Positions 8,789 to 16,836 of a stretch of DNA of 33,834 nucleotides are shown here, in pieces; within the stretch, counting starts at the first letter, position 1, and each line of letters opens with the position of its first letter. The notes under the pieces were generated by a model. The model was not told where the DNA came from and ran no database searches. It was given only the letters and a program-made list of their open reading frames with translations. Made by a program: the position numbers and the translations under genes. The stretch is from NCBI GenBank assembly GCA_041586955.1, contig JBFGZE010000025.1, positions 1-33,834 of the forward strand, read 5' to 3'. This stretch comes from Bacteriovoracaceae bacterium (lineage in GTDB: Bacteria > Bdellovibrionota > Bacteriovoracia > Bacteriovoracales > Bacteriovoracaceae).

Positions 8789-9865
8789 CTACTTCTTAGT
8801 GATCTCTGTTTGTATTTTAACTGATTCGGCATGAATCACATCAAAGATTTTTTCAGCAAATTCCTCTTGGAGGTCCATTTCCTTGGCCCAAATCATACGT
8901 TGTTTCATTAATTGGGACATACGGCTTTTCTGGAGAGCGGTGACGTTATTTAAGGCCTTGGCCTTGCCAATAAGATCCACTATATCCATTCGTAATTGTA
9001 GGTTATGGAGAAGTTCTTGGTCGATGCGGTCAATTTTATGCCGTAAATCGTCTAATTCCTCTTCGAATGTTTTGTTGGGACAAAATTCAGTTTTATAGGA
9101 AAGGTTATCAAGAATTATTTTTAATTGTTCAGGTGTCACTTGTTGAGCGGGATCAGATAAGGCCTGGTCAGGTGTGATATGAGTTTCAATCATGAGTCCA
9201 TCAAAGTCGATATCCATTGCTTTTTGTGAGACGGCGGCAATTCGGTCACGGGCACCACTAATATGGCTTGGATCACAAATAAGAGGTAGGTCGGGCAGAC
9301 GTCTTTTTAATTCTATAGGCAATTGCCAGAGAGGCTCATTGCGGTATTTCTTAGTGTTCATAGTGGAAAAACCACGGTGAATGGCCCCCAGTTTGGTAAT
9401 ACCCACTTGATTCATGCGCTCTAGAGCACCCATCCATAAAGAAAGGTCGGCATTAATGGGATTTTTAACAAGCACAGGAACATCAACACCTCTAAGGACG
9501 TCGGCAATCTCTTGAACGGCAAAAGGGTTGACGGTGGTACGAGCTCCAATCCATAAAACATCGACACCAAACATTAATGCCAATTCAGCATGCTGGGCGT
9601 TGGCGACTTCGATTGTAATAGGGAGGCCCGTTTCTTTGCGAACACGGTCAAGCCATGGGAGCGCCTTGACGCCAATCCCTTCAAAGCTATTTGGTCGGGT
9701 GCGTGGCTTCCAAACGCCGGCCCTAAATAAATGAGTTTGATTGGCGGCCTTTAATTTTTTGGCAATCATCAGGCATTGTTCTTCACTTTCTGCACTACAG
9801 GGACCAGCTATGATTAAGGGACCGGTAAGACCGGGAAACCAAGAATTTAATTTTTCAATATTCAT
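8789..9865 (-). CDS. Bifunctional DAHP synthase (type I-beta) with C-terminal AroQ chorismate mutase
   Basis: IAGPCSAES, WKPRTRP, WIGART, KNP and CDPSH, followed by LDDLRHKIDRIDQELL...R...K...ES (AroQ). Confidence 0.93.
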   Translation of the reverse strand: MNIEKLNSWFPGLTGPLIIAGPCSAESEEQCLMIAKKLKAANQTHLFRAGVWKPRTRPNSFEGIGVKALPWLDRVRKETGLPITIEVANAQHAELALMFGVDVLWIGARTTVNPFAVQEIADVLRGVDVPVLVKNPINADLSLWMGALERMNQVGITKLGAIHRGFSTMNTKKYRNEPLWQLPIELKRRLPDLPLICDPSHISGARDRIAAVSQKAMDIDFDGLMIETHITPDQALSDPAQQVTPEQLKIILDNLSYKTEFCPNKTFEEELDDLRHKIDRIDQELLHNLQLRMDIVDLIGKAKALNNVTALQKSRMSQLMKQRMIWAKEMDLQEEFAEKIFDVIHAESVKIQTEITKK

Positions 9866-9896
9866 TTTTTGCCCCTCCAGAGCGCATTAAGGGGAC

Positions 9897-9925
9897 ATTA
9901 TACCTCAATCTTAGATATTTTCTAA
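9897..9925 (-). promoter_or_regulatory. Candidate sigma70 promoter of the aromatic amino-acid operon
   Basis: TTAGAA-N17-TATAAT on the minus strand, upstream of the RBS GGAGG. Confidence 0.45.
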
Positions 9926-10896
9926 CTCTGTGATAAATTTTTAAATCCCTCCTTTGGACAAAAACTATCTGTTGCCTGAATCAAATAGGAGGTTATGCCT
10001 TTTTCAGAGAGTGAATGGCCAGCATCATCAATCACCTTAAAATGTGCCTCGGGCCAGGCCTTATGTAACTCCCATGCGCTTTCCATCGGGCATACGACAT
10101 CGTAGCGTCCCTGAACAATAACGGTGGGGATATGACGGATAGAATCGATATGATTAAGGAGATAACCATCCTCAGAAAAAAATCCTTTATTTGTAAAATA
10201 ATGGCATTCAATGCGAGCGAAAGCGTCGGCAAATTGGTCTTCTCCATAATGACTAATGCTTTCATAATCGGGAATTAATTTAGAGGTGGAGCCTTCCCAT
10301 ATGGACCAGCATTTGGCCGCTTCCTGGCGGACGCTCGCCTGATCACTGGTGAGGCGTTTATAATATGCGGCGACGAGGTCGTGTCTTTCCTCCTCAGGTA
10401 TATGCTTTAGATAATAATCCCAGGCATCGGGATAAATTTTACTGGCGCCTTCTTGGTAGAACCAATTAATTTCCTTTTCTCGCAATAAAAAGATACCACG
10501 GAGAAAAAGTGCAGAGACTTTTGTGGGGTGAGTTTGAGCGTAGGCGAGAGCAAGGGTTGAGCCCCACGACCCGCCAAAAATTGCCCAGTTTTCTATTTTA
10601 AAGTGGACGCGAATTTTTTCGATATCGGCGACTAAATCCCAAGTGGTATTATCCTGGAGTTCAGCAAAAGGTGTGCTCTGGCCACAACCTCTTTGATCAA
10701 AGAGAATAATACGCCATTTTTTTGGATTGAAATATTGGCGGTAACTATCTTGAATCCCGCCGCCTGGGCCACCATGGAGGAAAACCACTGGTTGGCCATT
10801 AGGGTTACCACATTCTTCTATATGAAGGGTGTGGAGTTCTGACACTTTAAGTTGATGGACATAGTGGGGCCTAATTGCAGGGTAGAGCGGTTTCAT
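9922..10896 (-). CDS. pip: Proline iminopeptidase (prolyl aminopeptidase, S33)
   Basis: Motifs HGGPGGG, FDQRGCG, GGSWGS (nucleophile), ARIECHYF, GRYDVVCP and AGHS. Confidence 0.96.
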   Translation of the reverse strand: MKPLYPAIRPHYVHQLKVSELHTLHIEECGNPNGQPVVFLHGGPGGGIQDSYRQYFNPKKWRIILFDQRGCGQSTPFAELQDNTTWDLVADIEKIRVHFKIENWAIFGGSWGSTLALAYAQTHPTKVSALFLRGIFLLREKEINWFYQEGASKIYPDAWDYYLKHIPEEERHDLVAAYYKRLTSDQASVRQEAAKCWSIWEGSTSKLIPDYESISHYGEDQFADAFARIECHYFTNKGFFSEDGYLLNHIDSIRHIPTVIVQGRYDVVCPMESAWELHKAWPEAHFKVIDDAGHSLSEKGITSYLIQATDSFCPKEGFKNLSQS

Positions 10897-10954
10897 CGTA
10901 GCTTCCTCGTTAAAAAAGTAGGATTAAATTAAAAAAAACCACAGTTTTCGTCAA

Positions 10955-10983
10955 TTGTCTTTCTCTGCCACCAGTTCTATAAT
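10955..10983 (+). promoter_or_regulatory. sigma70 promoter of yggT
   Basis: TTGTCT-N17-TATAAT, followed by the RBS AAGGAG and a GTG start. Confidence 0.65.
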
Positions 10984-11004
10984 TATGCAAGCAAGGAGCG
11001 CATT

Positions 11005-11238
11005 GTGATTAGCAAACTTATTCATGAACTAATTGGTATTTATATTATCCTCATTATTATAGACGCCGTTTTGAGTTATTTTCCAGATCTGCGCTATAAA
11101 CGGCCAGTCATTATGATTAGAAAAATCGCGAATGCGATCAATGACCCAATTCGTAAAATAATGCCGAGGGATTTACCTTTTGATCCCTCTCCGCTTGTTG
11201 CCATCTTCGCGTTAAAATTTTTTCAGGCGCTATGGTAA
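11005..11238 (+). CDS. yggT: YggT family membrane protein
   Basis: 77 aa; IYIILIII.AVLSYFP...PIRKIMP...FDPSPLVAI pattern. Confidence 0.9.
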   Translation: MISKLIHELIGIYIILIIIDAVLSYFPDLRYKRPVIMIRKIANAINDPIRKIMPRDLPFDPSPLVAIFALKFFQALW

Positions 11239-11247
11239 AGGAGCGAC

Positions 11248-11276
11248 TTGTCAAAAGACTGACGTCTTTCTACAAT
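11248..11276 (+). promoter_or_regulatory. sigma70 promoter with a palindromic spacer
   Basis: TTGTCA-N17-TACAAT; the spacer holds the inverted repeat AAAGAC-TGAC-GTCTTT (11254-11269). Confidence 0.6.
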
Positions 11277-11323
11277 ATTAAGGAATTAAATACCTCAAAA
11301 AATTAAGTTAAGGGAGAAGAAGC

Positions 11324-12199
11324 ATGGACTCGCTGAATCTAGACCTTTTGGCCCTAGAGACGATGAAATTAGGCCAAAGCCTCGGTGAAGAAAAAACCGA
11401 TGATCAAATGGAGTTTTCACTCGCTTTTGGACAAGCAAGACACAATTCATCAGAGCAAACTCTAGCGTCATCCCTTCAAGTCGAACAAGAAGAATTTAAA
11501 TTTGTCCCCGATATTATCGAAGCTTCATTGCAATTACCGCAGTCGCCAGGGGTATTATATCGTCTCTTAAAAGGGGCCAATACTTTTATCATTCGTGGCA
11601 TTCCCGTTGATGATCTATCCCTTTTACAGGATGAAGTGGATGAGAAAAATGAGGATATGGCCAAATTATTGCGTATTAATGAAGATGAAGAGTGGCGAGA
11701 GGTCACCTATTTTTGTACAAAAAATCAGGCCGTTGCCGAGGTCCTTTGTGATGAATTAATCAACCGCCGCTTTCCCAAAGAAGAGGATCATTTATGCAAT
11801 TTAAGTGATCCGGGTTTTAGTTGGTGGATGGATCAATCAGATATTCATTTTAATATTTATTTTCAATCTCATGGTGTTGATCGCGCTAGCGAGTTAATCC
11901 AATTAGGTCCGCTAGGGGATTGTCAGATTGCCAGTCGCCGCCTAGATAATCTCAAAATGCTTTTACATCAATTTCTTCCCATTAGCGAAATGAGTATTAG
12001 TGAAAAGTACTTTTCGGTGAAAACGACGACTGCTAATGATCGTTTTGAAATGATCAGGAATTTATTTTTAAACGGGGATGATTCCTGGTGTGATACTTTT
12101 TTTGCGAGTCGTCATGAATATCGCACACTCTATCTTTATATCAAGGAGCTTGCTGCTCTGCGAAGGCTGTGGATAGAAGTCAAAGCACAAATAGACTAG
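11324..12199 (+). CDS. Hypothetical protein with a degenerate UvrC/Cho-like GIY-YIG region
   Basis: LPQSPGVLY, VTYFCTKNQAVAEVLCDELINRRFP, LGPL and LFLNG are collinear with the UvrC N-terminal half, but catalytic residues appear to be lost. Confidence 0.5.
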   Translation: MDSLNLDLLALETMKLGQSLGEEKTDDQMEFSLAFGQARHNSSEQTLASSLQVEQEEFKFVPDIIEASLQLPQSPGVLYRLLKGANTFIIRGIPVDDLSLLQDEVDEKNEDMAKLLRINEDEEWREVTYFCTKNQAVAEVLCDELINRRFPKEEDHLCNLSDPGFSWWMDQSDIHFNIYFQSHGVDRASELIQLGPLGDCQIASRRLDNLKMLLHQFLPISEMSISEKYFSVKTTTANDRFEMIRNLFLNGDDSWCDTFFASRHEYRTLYLYIKELAALRRLWIEVKAQID

Positions 12200-12239
12200 G
12201 GTACTTGTTCCATTTCTAAATTTGTCTATAATAGTAATT

Positions 12240-12270
12240 AACAGGATGTTAACACCAAAAACAGGATGTT
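12240..12270 (+). repeat. Tandem 11-bp direct repeat AACAGGATGTT (CsrA-site-like) in the ftsB leader
   Basis: Exact copies at 12240-12250 and 12260-12270, downstream of TATAAT (12227-12232). The second copy supplies the Shine-Dalgarno AGGA. Confidence 0.8.
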
Positions 12271-12273
12271 TTT

Positions 12274-13020
12274 GTGGAATTTGAATTTAATCACCCCAAT
12301 TTGGGAGGTGCCGGTGCACCTTCCCCCAATACTGATAACGTGGCCTCAGAGCGCCTAAGAAAGGCGATTGAGCGCAATCGCGCCAAGCAAACGAAGCGTG
12401 CAGGCGCTAGTGGGCCATCAGCAACACCTATTCATGCGCAGCGACCGGCGGCGAGACCAGGTCCCAGGGCCGCGGCCCAGTCTGGGCCCTCATGGGCGCC
12501 GCCGGGTGGCAATGTCCCCACGCGATCAAGTGCAGGGGGCAATCAGGTTCCGGCCACTAGGCGATCAGTCGTCAAGCAGCAAGAAGAAAGTGAGTTTGTG
12601 ACTCCAATTCGCCAACCGGCCAAAAAGGCTCCGGCGGCAGTGGGTTATACGACTCGTAAGAGCGCACCATCGAGCAGACGGGCACCTTCGCGTAGTACGC
12701 GAAAAACGGGTAATAAGCATGGCCTGATTTCCCTTTGGGGCCATCGTCTCGCTTGGGGCTTTTGCGTCTTCTTGTTAATTCGTCTTATTTTTTCTGGGGG
12801 CGGTATTATGGATTTCTATAATGCCAAAGATGAGCTTAATCTTCATCGCACTGAATTCAATAATATCGTACAAGAGAATAAAGATATTCAGCATGAGATT
12901 TTACAAATTGAGAAGAATGGCAGTTATCAGAGACAGATCGTTAGAGACCATCTAGGCTATATAGCTTCTGACGAATTTTTAATTCTATTTCCGGAAAAGG
13001 GGTCTTACTCTTCCAATTAA
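12274..13020 (+). CDS. ftsB: FtsB/DivIC septum formation initiator with a long disordered N-terminal extension
   Basis: C-terminal TM helix, then FSGGGIMDFY, a coiled coil and RDHLGYIASDEFLI (DivIC-like). The N-terminal ~155 aa are Pro/Ala/Arg/Ser-rich. Confidence 0.78.
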   Translation: MEFEFNHPNLGGAGAPSPNTDNVASERLRKAIERNRAKQTKRAGASGPSATPIHAQRPAARPGPRAAAQSGPSWAPPGGNVPTRSSAGGNQVPATRRSVVKQQEESEFVTPIRQPAKKAPAAVGYTTRKSAPSSRRAPSRSTRKTGNKHGLISLWGHRLAWGFCVFLLIRLIFSGGGIMDFYNAKDELNLHRTEFNNIVQENKDIQHEILQIEKNGSYQRQIVRDHLGYIASDEFLILFPEKGSYSSN

Positions 13021-13510
13021 GCTGATCCCCTACTTTGATTTCGCGGGCAAGTGGAGAGTCAGATCTCATTTCTAGGACGTAACGCGCTTTGTGCATTTTG
13101 GTACGAGCAATGGGTGGGGGCTCAATTGTTCCAGGATGCTGCTTTATATTTCGCTCTAGGGATGAAACTCGCAGATTCTCATCTAAAAAGAAAATATCGA
13201 GATTAAAATAGGTATCGGGCATCCAGAATTGGCGCATCTCTGATTTTGGGTAATAAAAAAAGAGCGCCTGGAATTTAGAGAAGTTCTGAACTTTCACGCC
13301 ACTAAGACCTTGTTGTTTTTCAGCGTGAGTGATGGCGAAGCGCACATCAAAAACTTTGCCATTGGGAATGGCCATAATACCGCGACGGACATCTGCAAAG
13401 GGGTCCACTTGCGTGCTTTTATGGCCCAGCGGTGTACATGCTCCTATAAGCAATGATAGAGCGAAAAAGAAGATGAGCTTTCTCGATATTTGAGATATAA
13501 CGATAATCAT
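12941..13510 (-). CDS. DUF192 family lipoprotein
   Basis: Lipobox LIGAC; motifs EKQQGLS, FWMPDTYFNLDIFFLD, ARYVLE and IKVGD. Confidence 0.88.
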   Translation of the reverse strand: MIIVISQISRKLIFFFALSLLIGACTPLGHKSTQVDPFADVRRGIMAIPNGKVFDVRFAITHAEKQQGLSGVKVQNFSKFQALFFYYPKSEMRQFWMPDTYFNLDIFFLDENLRVSSLERNIKQHPGTIEPPPIARTKMHKARYVLEMRSDSPLAREIKVGDQLNWKSKTPFPEIELKIRQKLYSLDGL

Positions 13511-13548
13511 AAGGCCAAAAATTTAGCTGATGAATGGAGAAATGGCAA

Positions 13549-15351
13549 ATGACTAATAAGACGACACAGATTAAACAAGGTTTACTCAGAACCCACCATT
13601 GCGGCGAGTTAAACGCCGAACACGCCGGACAAACGGTAACTCTGTGCGGTTGGGTAAATAAATACCGCGATTTGGGAAGCCTCCACTTTGTTGATGTTCG
13701 CGATAAGTATGGAGTGACTCAATTAGGCTTTGAAGAATTTAAAGGAGATCTCTCGATCCTCAAGTCCTGTGCTCTTGAGTCTGTTATTTTGGCCAAGGGA
13801 AAGGTTCAATTAAGACCAGCTGAAGCTCAAAATAATAAAATGGCCACCGGAGCTGTTGAAGTTTCAGTGGAGGAGCTGGAAGTCCTGTCGCAAAATAATA
13901 TTGACGAAATTCCTTTCCTACCATTTGGCCAAATTGAGGCATCTGAAGATTTACGATTGAAGTACCGGTATTTAGATTTACGCAGCACCCGTCTCCAGGA
14001 TATTTTGGCCTTGCGCTCGAAGGTTACAACTCGTGTTCGCCAAATTCTTAGTGATGAAAAGTTTGTCGAGGTAGAAACGCCTATCCTTTATAAATCAACG
14101 CCTGAAGGCGCGCGTGACTATCTCGTTCCCAGTCGCGTCCACCCGGGAGAAGCCTATGCTCTTCCTCAATCCCCGCAAACACTCAAGCAATTGTTAATGA
14201 TTGGCGGAACTGATCGTTATTTCCAGATTTGCCGTTGTTTCCGTGATGAAGATTTACGCGCAGATAGACAACCTGAATTTTCTCAAATTGATATTGAATG
14301 CTCATTTGTCTCTCAAGATTATATTAAGTCTTTAGTGGAAAAAATATTGGGGGACCTTTTTGACGAGGGAGACAATTTTTCTATGCCTGTCATGACTTTT
14401 CAACAAGCGATGGAAATGTATGGCAGTGATAAGCCTGACTTACGTTTTGGCCTTAAGCATATGAATGTCACCTCCTTATTTAAAGACAGTGAGTTTAAAG
14501 TCCTTTCAGGCCCGGCCAATAATAACGGACTTATTAAAGCGATTTTTATTACCAATGAAATGGGTAGCTTTTCGCGCAAAGATGTTGATGGATTGACTGA
14601 CGTGGTGAAACCCCACGGAGGTAAAGGTGTGGCCTTTTTTAAACAAGCTGCAGACTCTGTTAGCGGCGGAATTTCAAAATTTATTACCCCAGAGATTCTC
14701 GCCCAATTAGAGGAGTTGAAAGAAGATAAAGGTGATGGAACGTGGCTTTTTGTCGCGGATACTGATAGTGAAGTGGTCCACGCTAGTGCCGATGCTTTAC
14801 GTCGCTATTTAGGCCAGCATTTAAACCTTCTAAAAGACGGTTACCATTGGTTATGGGTTACTGATTTTCCTCTATTTGAATACGCAAAAGAAGAGGAGCG
14901 TTTTGTCGCACGCCACCATCCTTTTACTTCACCAAAATCAGATCATCTTCAGGCCTTTCTTGAAGGGGGAGATGAGAATTGGAGTAATTGCCTCGCGGAA
15001 GCTTATGATGTCGTTTGTAATGGCTATGAGATTGGCGGCGGCTCTATTAGAATTCACCAAAATGAAGTACAAGCACAAATGTTTAAGGCATTAGGAATGA
15101 GTGAAGAGGAGTGCCAGCATCAATTTGGTTTCTTTTTGGAAGCTCTGAAATATGGTGTACCACCGCATGGTGGCCTGGCCTTTGGCCTTGATCGAATCAT
15201 TATGCTTTTAGCGAAAACTGATTCTATCCGCGATGTGATCGCTTTTCCTAAAACAACAAAAGCTTCTGATTTAATGGCACAGGCGCCTTCAAGCCCAGGC
15301 GAAGCGCAATTAAGAGAGTTGCATTTTAAGTGGGATCTTCATCAGAAGTAA
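13549..15351 (+). CDS. aspS: Aspartate--tRNA ligase
   Basis: RTHHCGEL, RLKYRYLDLR, PEGARDYLVPSR, LPQSPQ, FRDEDLRADRQPEF and PPHGGLAFGLDR. The ATG at 13549 has the RBS GGAGA (track start 13534). RDLGS matches the discriminating-type signature. Confidence 0.98.
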   Translation: MTNKTTQIKQGLLRTHHCGELNAEHAGQTVTLCGWVNKYRDLGSLHFVDVRDKYGVTQLGFEEFKGDLSILKSCALESVILAKGKVQLRPAEAQNNKMATGAVEVSVEELEVLSQNNIDEIPFLPFGQIEASEDLRLKYRYLDLRSTRLQDILALRSKVTTRVRQILSDEKFVEVETPILYKSTPEGARDYLVPSRVHPGEAYALPQSPQTLKQLLMIGGTDRYFQICRCFRDEDLRADRQPEFSQIDIECSFVSQDYIKSLVEKILGDLFDEGDNFSMPVMTFQQAMEMYGSDKPDLRFGLKHMNVTSLFKDSEFKVLSGPANNNGLIKAIFITNEMGSFSRKDVDGLTDVVKPHGGKGVAFFKQAADSVSGGISKFITPEILAQLEELKEDKGDGTWLFVADTDSEVVHASADALRRYLGQHLNLLKDGYHWLWVTDFPLFEYAKEEERFVARHHPFTSPKSDHLQAFLEGGDENWSNCLAEAYDVVCNGYEIGGGSIRIHQNEVQAQMFKALGMSEEECQHQFGFFLEALKYGVPPHGGLAFGLDRIIMLLAKTDSIRDVIAFPKTTKASDLMAQAPSSPGEAQLRELHFKWDLHQK

Positions 15352-16205
15352 TTCTTGAGAACTCTTTTGGTAATTTGAGGTAATTCTCCTGGGTTGATGG
15401 CCCTATATTGGCCATGCCCAGGAAAGATCCAAGTGACATTTTGATAGACCTTGAGCTTTTCAATTGAATCTCTTTGTTTTTCCCAATCATACCAACAATA
15501 ATCTTTGGTGGCATAAAAGTCGCCCATTGTGCGACTATAATATAAATGGTCGCCGGTAAAAAGGTACTTATCTTGTAAAAGAAAACAGAGATGACCTTTG
15601 GTATGGCCTGGAGTGGGGATGATCTTTAGATCCTTCGTGATCTCTACCTCTTCTTCTCCTTTTATCACTATATCTGGGTTTTTAACCACATCGCTATCGT
15701 CAGCATGAATGAGAACCTGGGCCCCTAAGGCCTTTCGCCATTGTTCATAATCACTTACATCATCGCGATGGGTGAGCAGTATATAATCCACTTTTCCTAG
15801 CGTTTGGATTTTTTCCGCTAATGGGCGATAAAAACGGGGAGAATCAATCATGACAAGGTGAGTGCCAAGACGCGCGAGATAACTTTCGGCGGCAAAGGAT
15901 TTCTTGGAATGATAACCTAGAAGATAGACATCATCGTTGATGGTGAGAGGAAAAGAATCATGGGCCTTGGTGAGAGATCTTTTTTCCTTTTGACCTATTG
16001 ACCCCACCGGGCAGCAGATAAGGGCCCGGCCAGCATCTAATTCCTCTTCTTCATTGCGCGGTTGGGTTTTGACAAAGCTATGCTCTGGGCCTTCGCCAAA
16101 TATAGAGGGGGCCAATTTACGGCAGACATCACAATCGATACAGGTTAGATCAACAAATAGGTTACCTGGAGTATTTTCTGGAACTATTTTTTTAGGATCG
16201 GCCAT
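15342..16205 (-). CDS. Ferredoxin-fused metallo-beta-lactamase-fold hydrolase
   Basis: N-terminal CIDCDVC...CPVGSI Fe-S motif; MBL motifs THRDDVSD, PGHTKGH, FTGDH and PGHG. Confidence 0.88.
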   Translation of the reverse strand: MADPKKIVPENTPGNLFVDLTCIDCDVCRKLAPSIFGEGPEHSFVKTQPRNEEEELDAGRALICCPVGSIGQKEKRSLTKAHDSFPLTINDDVYLLGYHSKKSFAAESYLARLGTHLVMIDSPRFYRPLAEKIQTLGKVDYILLTHRDDVSDYEQWRKALGAQVLIHADDSDVVKNPDIVIKGEEEVEITKDLKIIPTPGHTKGHLCFLLQDKYLFTGDHLYYSRTMGDFYATKDYCWYDWEKQRDSIEKLKVYQNVTWIFPGHGQYRAINPGELPQITKRVLKNYF

Positions 16206-16266
16206 AATGACCTCCTTTGCTTGGTTATTACAGATCTTCTATGTCATTAAGATGAAGAGTCCGAAT

Positions 16267-16295
16267 TAGACTTTAATATAGATCTTAGTTATCAT
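16267..16295 (+). promoter_or_regulatory. Candidate sigma70 promoter of the DUF3015-DUF3015-DUF4105 operon
   Basis: TAGACT-N17-TATCAT, bracketed by the inverted 9-mers TTAAGATGA (16247-16255) and TCATCTTAA (16300-16308). Confidence 0.5.
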
Positions 16296-16332
16296 TGAGT
16301 CATCTTAAATTTCCAAGGATGGAGGAATCAAA

Positions 16333-16821
16333 ATGTTAAAATTATTGACAATGGTATTGGCAATGCATTCACTTTCGGCCTTCGCTGCAGATTCTAGTGA
16401 TGGTTGTGGTCTCGCTAATCTTGTTTACGACAAAAAATCGATGGTTGGGATTAGTACCCGCTCGACAATTAGAGGATCTTATAGTGGGATTCTTGATTGG
16501 ACGGGAACGACTTCAGGCAAATTTGGCTGTGCTAAGCATTCTATTGTAAAGGCCGAGAAGAGAGGCTTGCACTTTCTGAATGCCAATATTGATGCCGTAT
16601 TAACAGACGCCTCAACTGGCCGTGGCGAATATCTTCAGGGTCTCGCTCGTAGCCTCGGTTGCCAGGACGGAGTCTTTTCTCATTTTGCTTTAGAAGTTCA
16701 AGAGAATTTTGGGGATATCTTTTTTCCTGCCTCTGACGATCAGGCCCGAGCGATTAGAAAAATTCAAGATATCATTAAAAGCAATAAAACTTTAACCAAT
16801 AATTGCTTAAGTGCTGTTTAA
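16333..16821 (+). CDS. DUF3015 family secreted protein, copy 1
   Basis: Signal peptide (AFA|A); DGCGL...GTTSGKFGC, D...GRGEYL..LA..LGC and a C-terminal Cys. Confidence 0.88.
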   Translation: MLKLLTMVLAMHSLSAFAADSSDGCGLANLVYDKKSMVGISTRSTIRGSYSGILDWTGTTSGKFGCAKHSIVKAEKRGLHFLNANIDAVLTDASTGRGEYLQGLARSLGCQDGVFSHFALEVQENFGDIFFPASDDQARAIRKIQDIIKSNKTLTNNCLSAV

Positions 16822-16836
16822 TTGAGGAGAAAATTG

